From Somniosus microcephalus (Eukaryota), in assembly GCA_052327205.1 (NCBI GenBank), contig CM126222.1, positions 55,676,001 to 55,740,000 on the forward strand: a stretch of DNA of 64,000 bases, read 5' to 3'. The notes under the pieces are model-generated. The model did no database searches and was not told where the DNA came from. It was given only the letters and a program-made list of their open reading frames with translations. Positions 25,060-36,851 of the stretch are shown here, piece by piece. The position numbers were made by a program, and so were the translations under genes. Numbering within the stretch: the first letter of the stretch is position 1; each line of letters begins with the position of its first letter.

Positions 25060-28000
25060 ATGCCGAAGAGTGGCAGTATCTCTACGTTTGACAATGAAGT
25101 CGAAGATTGGGCGACATATGTGGAACGTATTGAGGTGTACTGCAGGGCGAATGAAGTGCCAGATGCTAGGAAAGCACTGGTTTTGTTAAATTCCATGGGT
25201 GCAAAAACTTATGGGTTACTGCGAAACCTAATAACCCCAGAGAAGCCTGTGAATAAGAATTTCGAAAGCATAGTAGAAATCCTACAGGACCACTTAAACC
25301 CCACACCGCTGCTGATAGCAGAATGATTTAAGTTCCATAAAAGGAACCAACACAAAGACGAAAGCAATGCTGAGTACTTAATGGAACTGCGCAAGCTATC
25401 GAAACACTGCCAGTTTGGAGTGGGGCTAGCAGATACGTTAAGGGACAAGTTTGTGTGTGGGCTTCAAAGTGAAGGAACCCAGAAACGGCTTCTATCAGAA
25501 AAGGATCTTATGCTGGACAAGGCTTTCAGTATGGCAGTATCACATGAAGCAGCCGCAAGGGGCGCTGCAGAGATACAATGGAGACCGCAAGAATATGGCA
25601 CCAATGAAATGTCCTATGGAACAGGGAAGTGTTATCGCTGCGGCAGAACAACACACGACCAGAAGGATTGTTGGTTCAAGGACCAAGTGTGCAGACAGTG
25701 TGGAAAAGCAGGACAGATAGCAAGAGTCTGCAGGTCTGGGAAGAAAACCAACAGCAAGAAATCTCCACAGGAGAAGTACAAAAAGGTACACAAGGTGATG
25801 GACAGTAGTTCAGACGAACAGAAAAGTGACACAGACTCCGGAAGCAAGGAGCTGGGTTGTCTGAAACTACATAAGGTAACCAAAATGGAGGATCACCAGA
25901 CTATCTGGGTTACACTCAAGATAGACGGAGTCCAAGTGAAAATGGAATTGGACACAGGATCAGCCCTAACAGTCATAAACCAAAGGGACTACAAGCGGCT
26001 ATTTTCAGATATACCCTTGAAAGCTACAGAGATTGTCTTGAAGACGTACACGGGGCAAAAAGTCTAACCCAAAGGAAAAATAAGGGTGAAAGTGATATAC
26101 AAAGGCCAGGAAATACCTAAAATGGACTTATATGTCTTGCCAGATGGAGGACCACCACTGCTAGGACGTGAATGGATCTGGAAGATACAATTAGATTGGC
26201 ATTCCATACAGGCACTGAAGGTTGAGGCCAAAAAGGATGACGACGTCACACCTGGACGACTGTCAAAAATGCTAACTGACGCAAAAGAAGTGTTCCAGGA
26301 GGGACTCGGATCACTAAAAGGCGTAACAGCAACGATTAAAATAGAGGAAAATGCAAGCCCAAAGTTTCTTAAGGCCAGACCAGTGCCTTATGCGATCAGA
26401 CCAGCCGTCGAAGCAGAGCTGGAAGGGTTGGAACGTTCAGGAGTACTGTCCAAAGTAGACTGGAGCGAGTGGGCTACACCCATTGTTCCTGTAATGAAGA
26501 GGTCGTTGAGTAATACGCCTGGGGAACCAAAGAAGGTCCGCATCTGTGGGGATTTTAAGGTGACAGTGAACCCAGTCCTTCACACGGTACAATATCCGCT
26601 TTCACGAATTGAGGATATTTTCGTCTCGCTATCTGGAGGTAAACGCTTCACCAAAATTGATCTAGCCCAGGCGTACTTGCAAATGGAGGTAGAAGAAGCC
26701 TCGAAACAATACCTCACGATCAACACTCATAAAGGTCTCTATCAATACAACCGGCTGGTGTTCGGGGTAGCATCGGCTCCGGCTATTTGGCAAAGGGCGA
26801 TGGATCATGTCCTGCAAGGGATTCCAGGGACCCAGTGTTATTTGGACGACATCCTAGTCATGGGCGAAAATGACAGTGATCACCTCGCCAACTTGGAGAA
26901 GGTGCTCACCAGATTAAAGGAATATGGGCTACGAGCTAATCGCCACAAGTGTGAGTTTTTCCAGAAGCAGATCTCGTATTGTGGCCACGTCATCGATGAA
27001 GAGGGGTTACATAAGTCCCCTGAAAAGATTGAGGCAGTAGTCAAGGCTCCAGCACCGGAAAATGTGTCACAACTCAGGTCGTTCCTCGGGCTGGTAAACT
27101 ACTACCATAAGTTCTTACCAAATTTGTCCACGGTATTACACCCACTGAACACCCTACTGCAAACAGGGGTGCCATGGAAGTGGAATGACGAGCGTAGACG
27201 AGCTTTCCAGAAGTGTAAAGAATTGATCACATCAAAAGAGGTGTTGGCCCATTTCAACCCAGCACTACCAATTCGTTTGGCATGTGATGCATCACCCTAT
27301 GGTATTGGAGTGGTGCTGTCGCACAAATTCCCAGACGGGTTGGAGAGGCCAGTAGCCTTTGCGTCTCGGTCACTAACCTCAGCCGAGCGCAACTATGCCC
27401 AGATTGACAGGGAGGCCCTCAGCCTAGTATGGGGAGTAAAAAGATTCAACCACTATCTGCATGGGCAGAAGTTCACCTTGCTGACTGACCACCAACCACT
27501 TGTCTCCATCTTTAATCCTAAGAAGGGCGTTCCAGTGATGACTGCACAACGGTTACAAAGATGGTCCCTGTTTCTAGGGGTGAATCAATATGAAATAGAA
27601 TATAAAGGCACGAAACAGCATGGAAACGCTGATGGGCTATCACGCCTGCCACTGCCTACTGTGGAGGAAGCACTAGCAGTGGACCCTATCGAGATATTTT
27701 ATTCATCAATAATTGAACGATTGCCAGTAACGAACGCGGATATAGAGAAGGAGACCCGCAATGATCCGACACTGTCTCGGGTATATGATTTGACGGTGAG
27801 GGGATGGCCAACACATGGCGACTCACTGTTGCCAGCATTCTCATCCAGAAGAGAACAGCTGTCAGTATGCCAGGGGACAGTGATGTGTGGATCCCGAGTG
27901 GTGATTCCACCCAAGTTAAGGGAGAGAGTGCTAAATGAGCTTCATGAAGGTCATCTGGGAGGGGTGAAAATGAAAAGCCTTGCTAGGGCTTATGTGTGGT

Positions 28001-29007
28001 GGCCGGGGATCGATCAACAAATCGAGGACCTAACCAAGAGCTGCTCAGGATGCCAGAAGGTCCAAAATGCACCACCACATGCCCCTCTACACCCATGGGA
28101 GTGGCCCTCCTCTCCATGGCAACGGGTGCATATTGATTTTGCTGGTCCATTCATGGACTCAATGTTCTTAATAGCAGTGGATGCTCACTCGAAATGGCCT
28201 GAGGTGATAAAAATGTCCTCAACCACTACAGAGAAAACGATTGCAGTCCTACGGACCATATTTGCCAGGAATGGCTTGCCAGAGCAGATTTGCTCTGATA
28301 ATGGACCACAGTTTGTGTCCGAAGAGTTTCGAAAATTTATGAGAAGGAATGGGGTAAGGCATTACACATCCGCCCCGTATCATCCAGCCACAAATGGATT
28401 GGCTGAAAGGTTCGTACAAACCTTTAAAAAGGCGATAAAGGCCATGTGCGACGATGAAATTCCACTACAGCATAAGGTGGACAATTTCCTATTAGCCTAC
28501 AGAAATGCAACACATGCAGTTACCAACCAAACCCCGGCCATGATGTTCTTTAACCGAAGGTTGAGATCTCGTCTGGATTTGCTCAGACCCAATGTGCGAA
28601 GAAATGTTGAGGATAAACAATTCCAGCACATCAATGAGAAGCCGACAAGGAGCTTCAATGTAGGACAACCAGTCTTGGCCCGTGACTATCGAACAGAGAA
28701 GTGGCAACCCGGAACGATATGCACAAGGCAGGGGCCATTAATGTACACAGTGGATGTTGGGGAGAACATTGTGAGACGCCACGTCGATCAGATCTTAGCG
28801 TCACAGGAACGAGTCAACCCCATGTCTCGAGTACCTGGGGATGAACCCGACATACCGGTAGCATCTACCTCCGAACCAGTAGCAGTGGAAACCGATGAAC
28901 TAACCGACGAAAAGGGGCCAGAATCGCCTCCGCACCAAGAACAAGAACCTCAGGAAAGGCGCTATCCGGAAAGGATCAGGAAGCCGCCCCAAAGACTGAA
29001 TCTATAA
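25060..29007 (+). pseudogene. Gypsy A single-frame gag-pol with two premature stops (25324-25326 TGA, 26065-26067 TAA)
   Basis: ORF pieces starting at 24847, 25381 and 26086 share one frame. Zn knuckles CYRCGRTTHDQKDC and CRQCGKAGQIARVC, protease LDTGS, RT YLDD, RNase H ACDAS, integrase HEGH..CSGC and D,D,E. Confidence 0.93.
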
Positions 29008-29094
29008 ATGGACTATTTTCAGTTAATGTTGCATGTTAAAAATGTTAATTGTTAAATGAATGTTATGGTACTGTTAATCTAAAAGGGGAGGAAT

Positions 29095-29305
29095 TGTTGT
29101 GTATGTACCTTTAAGAGAGAACTGTTTTACAGCTCCTGTATACTGTAGTACCGGTAGTGACCACACCTGTATATAAAGCCAGAGCAGGCTTCTGTACTTC
29201 AGTCTTGAGACTACTCTACTCCAGTAAATACCTGTTGATTGTTAAGTTACAGCATCCGTGTAGTTCTTGGGGAAACATCCTATTTAAAGAATCACGGATC
29301 TAACA
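29095..29305 (+). repeat. 3' LTR of Gypsy A
   Basis: Follows the PPT; 209 of 211 nt identical to the 5' LTR. Confidence 0.95.
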
Positions 29306-29615
29306 CTGGGGAGGTCTCTTCCGCCCATGGGAAGAGAAGAGAATCTCCCTGCGTGCTATGGCTCCCTCCATATGCTTATGGAGGGAGTCATGGGAGAGCC
29401 TGGGTGCAGCTGTGCACCTCTGTGCAGTGCTTGTCAGTGTTTGCAGTACCTCAGTGCTGTAGAACACTGACAGCACAACTGTCAAAATCAATTTGCGCGT
29501 GGTCCCTTTAAGGAACCCAGATGATGACGCGTCATCTAGTGACATTATCAGACCCACTTCGTTCAATTGGCTGGGAAACGTGTTGGGTGGGCTTAACAAG
29601 CCCAATCAGCGTAAG

Positions 29616-30383
29616 TGAGCGCACGAAACAACATCCTGAATAAGCTCACTATCACAAGATGGGGAGCAAGCCTGAAAACATTGCGAACCAGTGCACTTGC
29701 TCTTTGCTATTCCACTGCCGAATACTCCTGCCCTGCATGGGAAAGGTCTACTCATGCCAAGAAGATGGATACCGTTCTGAATGCAAGCTGCCGATTTATC
29801 ACAGGTTGCTTAAAACCAACAAACACCAACAGCCTATATATCCTGGCGTGTATCGCTCCCCCTGATATAAGAAGAATGATAGCCAGCAAGAAAGAGCGAC
29901 TCCGTCAAACATCAGATGAGAGGCACCCTCTGCATTGTCATACACCTACACCCAGCCGCCTAAAGCCAAGGAAGAGCTTCATGAACAGTTTTGTTCCATT
30001 ACAATCAACCTCATCTGAAGCCCGCATCGCCTTGTGGAAAGATCGGCTCGCCAGTCTTGAACAACCCCCAGCGATGGAAATTTTACCTGATGAAAGCCTT
30101 CCCCCAGGAGCTAATTGCAACTGGGCAATCTGGAAGTGCCTTAACAGACTTAGGACTGGTGTAGGTTGCTCAAAGGTGTCACTAAGCAAATGGGGATATT
30201 CAACCAGCCCGACAACTTGTGAATGTGGAACTAAGGCACAGACTATGCAACATCTCCTGCAATGCCCATCGTTAGAGGAACCCTGCACTGTTGCAGATCT
30301 TGCCGAATTCAACAACAAGGCGCAAAAATGTGTCCAGTTCTGGCTGGGCTATGTATAGACTGTCCGTGGACACAATAAGAAGA
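29616..30383 (+). mobile_element. Vingi/Ingi-like (I group) LINE, 5'-truncated
   Basis: Open 247-codon frame RNNILNKL...WGAS..TLRTSALALCYS.AEY..P.W..RFITGCLKPT..LNRLRTG..CECG...QTMQHLLQCP (CCHC). (AAG)n tail and 8-bp TSD agcgtaag at 29608-29615 and 30384-30391. Confidence 0.8.
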
Positions 30384-31294
30384 AGCGTAAGATCATTTCA
30401 AAGAGCGGGCTTGAGCCAGCAGCGGAGTCGCACCCCACCACCGACCCCAGCCACACTGGACCTGCCGAGGTAGGCAAAATCACAGCCTATGTCTCTTACC
30501 TCCATCTATCTCATTCTTTCTGTCTCTTTCTCACTACTACCACTTCCATTCTTTCTATCTCTCTCTCTCTACACAGCTCTCATTTTCACTCATTGTCATC
30601 TGTAGGTTTTCCCTCCTTTCTTCTGTACAAAAAATAGGTAACTGGTCATGTGACAAAATTAGAATTTCTTTCCTGTGAGACCTTTTAAATTTATAGTAAC
30701 CCTAAGATGGACTCCAAGTGCTCATTGAAAAACTGTAATGGCTGCTTGGAGATGGTTTGCCTGTTTCAGAACCCCAGAAAGCTTTGATTGAGAAGCAATT
30801 TACATAAAGATGGTCTTTGAATTACTTTTGAAGGCAATGGGGTATTTTAAATGCTAATTCTGTGATCAGCACCAGATATGTTGTTTGCATTAGGATGCCA
30901 ATAATATCAGTAGATGTGAGCACTTCACTGTCTGTTAATTAACCGCTGGATGCCTATAATTCTTTGCTCCTATAGTTAATAAGCAAATGGAGATCTATTG
31001 TAAATTGTGGTTTAGAATTGACATCAGTGTCACAGGGATCTTTATTGCTTAAAGTAATCTAACTGATAGATAATACCATCTTCAAGGAATTTGTTTGAAC
31101 TGCACAAGAAAAATATTCTTATAATTCAGTGACCTTCGTGTGTTCTTTCTCCGCAAGTCACCAGGTGGGGCAGGAGTGGACAGAATTCCATTAGCAGAGC
31201 TTATGTATGCAACACTAGAATGCGTGGCTCCAAAAATCCACGATTGTTCTTGCAGTCTCCCACTGTAAGTTTGGCAAGTCTCCTAATGGCTGCT

Positions 31295-32442
31295 AATTGA
31301 CATCAAGGCAGCATTTGACTGAGTCTAGCATCAAGGAGCCCTTAGTAAAACTGAAGTCAATGGGAATCCAGGGGAAAATGCTCCACTGGCTGGAGTCATA
31401 CCTAGCACAAAGGAAGGTGGTTGTGGTGGCTGAAGGTCAATTATCACAGCCCCAGGACCTCACTGCAGGAGTTCCTCAGGGCAGTGTCCTAGGCCCAACC
31501 ATTTTCAGCTGCTTCATCAATGACCTTCCCTCCAACATAAGGTCAGAAATGGGGATGTTCGCTGATGACTGCACAGTGTTCAGTGCCATTCGCAACTCCA
31601 CAGATAATGAAGCAGCCCATGCCTGCATGCAACAAGACCTGGATGACGTTCAGACTTGGACTGATAAGGGCAGGTAACATTCGTGCCACTATCTCCAACA
31701 AGAGAGAATCTAACCACCTCCCCTTGACATTCAATGGCATTACCATCGCCGAATCCCCCACTATCAACATCCTGGGGGTCACCATTAACCAGAAACTTAA
31801 CTGGACCAGCCACATAAATACTGTGGCAACAAGAGCAGGTCAAAGGCTAGGTATTCTGCGGCGAGTGTCTCATCTCCTCACTCCCCAAAGCCGTCCACCA
31901 TGTACAAGTCACAAGTAAGGAGTGTGGTGGAATACTCTCCACTTGCCTGGATGAGTGCAGCTCCAACAAAACTCAAGAAGCTCGACACCATCCAGGACAA
32001 AGCAGCCCGCCTGATTGGCACCCCATTCACCACCTTAAACATTCACTCCCTTCACCACTGGCATACCATGGCTGCAGTGTATACCATCTACAAGATGCAC
32101 TGCAGCAACTCGCCAAGGCTTCTTTGACAGCACCTCCCAAACCCGCGACCTCTTCCACCTAGAAGGACAAGGGCAGCAGGTGCATGGGAACACCACCACC
32201 TCCAAGTTCCCCTCCAAGTCACACACCATCCTGACTTCGAAGTATATCGCCGATCCTTCATCGTCGCTGGGTCAAAATCCTGGAACTCCCTACCTAACAG
32301 CACTGTGGGAGTACCATCACCACACGGACTGCAGCAGTTCAAGAAGGTGGCTCACCACCACCTTCTCAAGGGCAACTAGGGATGGGCAATAAATGCTGGC
32401 ATTGCCAGCGATGCCCTGATCCCATAAACAAATTAAAAAAAA
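31295..32442 (+). mobile_element. CR1-group LINE of a family distinct from the main CR1s, 3' fragment
   Basis: [31 protein letters not shown] and YKSQVRSVVEYSPLAW; 3' end gatgggcaataaatgctggc followed by an A-rich tail. Confidence 0.85.
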
Positions 32443-34560
32443 CTCTATCAGGACATGGTTGCATTCTGTCCTGGCCTTAATCCACAATTTCTGGGGTGGC
32501 CTTGTGAGGGTAGGGTCTCTGCCTGTCCCTTATAAGGCCACTGCCACAAGAGGGAGGCAGAGATGAGGGCTTCCTAAATCAGGAGCTCTTGTTTCACGGT
32601 TCTCAGTTGGGATCCAGGAGAGCAGCGCGAAAACCAACAGAAACAGGGCTCCAGCACTGGGGGAAGGAAGGAGAAGTCTCTTTAAAATGTTTTAAAGCGG
32701 CGCCCAAACAGCAACTTGCTGGAAACATGGTCTGCAACTTTTGGGAAGAGGGACGGTTACCCAACAGCCTCCGCACCCCGGGGACCAGCCAGTTTCCGCT
32801 AACATTTCCAGCACCTTCAACGAGGAGGCACTGCCTGTGTGCCCCCACACCACTGAAGGCCCAATCCTGGCGTTACCGGCCCCCTGCCCCTGTGAACATT
32901 CGGCGGGGGTCTGTAGCAGGCGAAATCCGAGCAGAACAGCTGGGACTGTGCCCTTGATGATTTTCTGGACTCGTGTCTTTCTGAAAAATTGTAGTGCTCA
33001 TGTGGAAAAACCACAGACTATTTTTAAAAAGTCAACTTAGTTTGTATGGATGGATCAATCCAGAAATGCACCTACCATTAATTAATGAAAAATTGATGAT
33101 AGTGCTGTACAGTGGCCTAAGGCTTTTTACTTCAAGGTATCACTTTACTTGTAATTAAATCCAGAAAAGCCTGTATAAAATGGTCTGGCAATGTAGTATT
33201 TTCTGCTATCCAAGGTAATGAGATATTGTGGTCACCCTAACATATTCTCTAGTAATCAATTTACTGTAATCATGTTTAAATGTTAGGCCTGGACTACACT
33301 AACTCAAAATACAGCAGAGAATAAAGGCTTTCAGTCCGTTTGTGAAAACGGTTGTTTTAACAATTTACACAAGTAGAGGTGTTCAGAAAAAGTCCAAGCT
33401 GTAACAGTTCCCTTTCAAATAAATCCTTCTGCTCAGAGAATCTCTGCTCTTCAACGGTCCCTTCTCTCGGATGGCCGTCTCCCTCCCACCATTGATCAAG
33501 AGGCTATGAATAATGATAAGCTGGTTGTATTTAAACTTGTTTACAATGGAAAGTTGCCCTTTCCCTTGACCTGGTCAGGTCCACGGTTGCAATGCCTTTC
33601 TGTAAAAATAATAATAAGCTGAAAGGATTGTGGTTACCCTTTTAACTGGCACAACCCTATACTTAGGTTTGGGCTAAATGCCTAATGAATGTTTCAAACC
33701 TCCATTGGGGTTACACAGCTGCCTTTTCACATTTATACTGTCAAAAGAGCATTTTTTTGCACTGATGAACTGAATCTTCAAAATGAGAACCGAGCTCTGT
33801 AATCAGAGTTTCAGCACAAGGAAACACTGCTTTAAAGAAAAGATGTAAGCGATTGACCTTATCGAGAGGCCCTAACTATAGCATGCATTCGAAGTATTTT
33901 CCTTCTTCAGCCCTGACAAAGGAAATAGAGGTCTCAATCTCAGAAAGCTATTAAAGGTCACTTCTAGTGGTTAGAAGCAGGGCTCTACAACAACAAAGTA
34001 GGAACCACACACCACTTCCGCTGGTGCTGCATTAAACCGGTTGTACAACTGAATACATGCTGCACAGAACTTACCAACAGAAATTTACCGGCGGTATTTC
34101 ATTGCTGTGAGAGATGTGATCAAGTCTCAAATAGATAAAACTTCAGAAAGAATACTTTTGTGCAAGTTTTGTTTCTCCAAATTACCACTCGGGGTTCTAA
34201 TGGAGAGGCTTCACATAAATATCTGGTTATAAATCTTAACACCAAGTGATCTACGATAAAGACTAGAAAATCGAGTTTTGGCACTCTGGAGGGTTGGGGG
34301 CAGGGAAGAAATATTACTGAACCTAAAGTTCAAGCGCAATGTGATCATAATTAAAGGAAGTCATGGATACTGATGCAACAATTGCAGTTTAATGCCATGC
34401 TGAGGGTTTGTGTAGTACCACAATTGGCTGATGAGTGGGTTAAGGGATCCAGCTGCAATATATTAAGGTAGATAGGGCGAGAGTACAGACAGTACAGCAC
34501 CTGCCATTGTTGAGTGTGAATGCTTCCAGTTCTCGTATTGGCTACAAGTCCTGCATTCAG

Positions 34561-35026
34561 AAAGAAAAAAAGAAAAAAGACTTGCATTTATATAGCGCCT
34601 TTTATGGCCACCGGACGTCCCAAAGCGCTTTACAGTCAATGAAGTACTTTTGAAGTGTAGTCACTGTTGTAATGTGGGAAACACAGCTAATTTGTGCACA
34701 GCAAGCTCCCACAAACAGCAATGTGATACTGACCAGTTAGTAATCTGTTTTTGTTATGTTGATTGAGGGATAAATATTGGCCAGGAAACCAGGGATAACT
34801 CCCCTACTCTTCTTCAAAATAGTGCTATGGGATCTTACTTGTCCACCTGAGAGCAGAGACGGGGCCTCAGTTTAGCGTCTCATCCAAAAGATGGCACCTC
34901 CGACAGTGCATCACTCCCTCAGCACTGCGCTGGAGTGTCAGCCTAGATTTTTGTGCTCAAGTCTCTGGAGTGAGACTTGAACCCACTCAGAGGCGAGAGT
35001 GTTACCCACTGAGCCACAGCTGACAC
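34561..35026 (-). mobile_element. SacSINE1-like DeuSINE, near full length
   Basis: tRNA-like head gtgtcagctgtggctcagtggg..gggttcaag, Deu-like core gcactgtcggaggtgccatcttttggatgagacg, and L2-like 3' tail gcgctatataaatgcaagtcttt. Confidence 0.85.
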
Positions 35027-35439
35027 TGAAGAGGAAACATTGGCAATTGCGAATGGATGAAATAATTAATTCCAACAAATCTTATACCACAATTTTGGGA
35101 ATAAAGGAATTCACAGAACAAGGAGTCCATCAAGCCCACTCCTCCCACATACCATGTACAATCTGGCCCAACACGGCTCCTACCCAACTTTTAATACTAT
35201 GAGGGAAAGTTTTGCAATTTTCTGCCAGGATGACTGAATGCATTGCCCCTTTTGACACATATGATAACATTTTCTTTTAATGTTTATATGTGCACAAAAT
35301 GTGGGCAAAATGGGTCACACCTGGGAATTGACCATAGGAAGTAGCATTCATCAGATAAAAACATTTATCAAATCTTAGTCAGGACAGTAGTCACGATGCT
35401 ACACTTCTTCTCCAAGTCTCCCAGTCACAGACACTCTCT

Positions 35440-36010
35440 GCCTGTAACTCCTGCCCCTAGTTCACAGTGGTATTCTATTCCAACCCCATCCCCCAGTATA
35501 CAGTAGAAATCTCCTCCCCATCCAAACTCCCCCATTTCATGGAGGCATTTTCTCCTCCTCTAAGCCCCCCTCCCAATTTACAAAGACACAGTTTCCCTGC
35601 CACTCCCGTACCCGCCACCCCCACTTCAACTTTCCCCTCTCGGCCCTATTCACTAGGACACGCTACCCCCCCAACCCCTGCCCCCGAGTTCAAAGTGTCA
35701 CTTGCTCTACCTCCAACCCCACTAGTTGATGTTGACACTCTTCTCCCCCTCTCAGCTCAATTTGAATTGTCACTCTTCCCCCCTCACTACTCATTTGAAG
35801 CTGGCAATTTTCTTCCCATCCCGTCATGTTCAAGCTGGAACTCTTGTCCCCTAGTTCATGTTGATACTCTTCTTCTCCCCCACCCCCACTTGTGCTGACA
35901 TTATTGTCTTCCCTCTCTCACTATATCGTACCACTCTCTCCACCTTTCATCTTAGCACCACATCCAGCTCTCCCTCCCTCCTTCCAGTGCTACTCCTGGC
36001 TTCTACCTTC
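35440..36010. repeat. C-rich degenerate minisatellite or low-complexity tract
   Basis: Recurrent ~30-37 nt unit resembling cccc..agttNaNgNtgNcactcttc, clearest at 35680-35900, with strong pyrimidine skew. Confidence 0.5.
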
Positions 36011-36851
36011 AGTTGCTGCTGCCCCAAGGGATTGGACACCGCTACGCTTTTGGATGGGAATTCCTAAATCTTAAGAGGTTTCTCACTCACAGCATGTAGT
36101 CACCTGGAGGAACAGCAGTGGGAGGCAGGTGCTGAGAGTAGTCCTGAGGGGAGGAGTCAGGTATTGATTGTCGTCCAAGAACACAGACTGGTAAACTCTC
36201 CCTGAAAATGATTATCCCAGTGAATGTGGATGCCTGGCTTCTAAAGGTGTGTAATCCACATCATGTTGGTCAGGTACTGCTCGTTTTCTAGGGTCCATGT
36301 ATGTGGAAGACAGCCTGTTGCACCTTTAAACTGTATTTATTATTAACTCTAAACTAATTTCCCCCTCTCTTTTAATTCCCCTTCCACACAGTGTGCACTG
36401 TTCTCTGACACAGACAGCAGGTGGACAGCAGGACAACCTGCTCCCAAATCCCTGACAAAATCTGCACTTGAGGCAAACTGTCAGGAAGCATGAGAGAATT
36501 GACTCTGATCTTTCTCCCCCTGTCTGAGGAAATGACTTACATCCCTGGAAGCCCAGCGAAGATCAGTAACTCAGAGTGCACTATCATGAGTATGAGCCTC
36601 CAGCCTACCGCTCCATGGTACATGAGGTTGACTTGTTACCAGGCTGTCAACTCAACATTTTATGTGAAATGGACTGGTTTGGCTCGACAACATTCTAGAA
36701 TGAAGGGTGCATGTTAGGCTGTTAAGCAATAGCCAAATAAATGCACTGAGCTTTAATTGTGCCATCAAGTAGAGGGAATAAGGTCTTATCTAAATGTTAC
36801 TGAGTTCACACTCTCAGCCACAACCGTGTGGGGAAGCGCCAAGCAGAGGTC

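Larger units (their letters stand above)
24156..29305 (+). mobile_element. Gypsy LTR retrotransposon A (Mag-like), full length
   Basis: Two 211-bp TG..CA LTRs with 2 differences, PBS tggcgacgag, PPT aaaaggggaggaa (29081-29093), imperfect 5-bp TSD ttggg/ctggg, domain order gag-PR-RT-RH-IN. Confidence 0.95.
22477..30487. mobile_element. Internally deleted PIF/Harbinger-type DNA transposon with three nested insertions
   Basis: TSD TAT on both sides, diverged TIR ggggggaatttt / aaaatcacagcc. Minus-strand Myb/SANT-like remnant AAPRLSHDSL..RREILF..GRKRPPQ (29310-29420) continues as EINTVWLHFAQE and RRTRLQWRKPVNDL (23755-23830) across the insertions. Possible plus-strand transposase N- and C-terminal scraps at ~23060-23235. 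Confidence 0.7.

Noticed and set aside
24345-25196. 283-aa antisense ORF over the Gypsy A leader
   Set aside because: Low-complexity translation of a GC- and purine-rich repeated leader that lacks stop codons on the opposite strand; no recognisable domain.
26065-26067. TAA as a programmed gag-pol readthrough site
   Set aside because: It lies downstream of the protease DTG motif, not at the gag-pol boundary; more likely a nonsense mutation.
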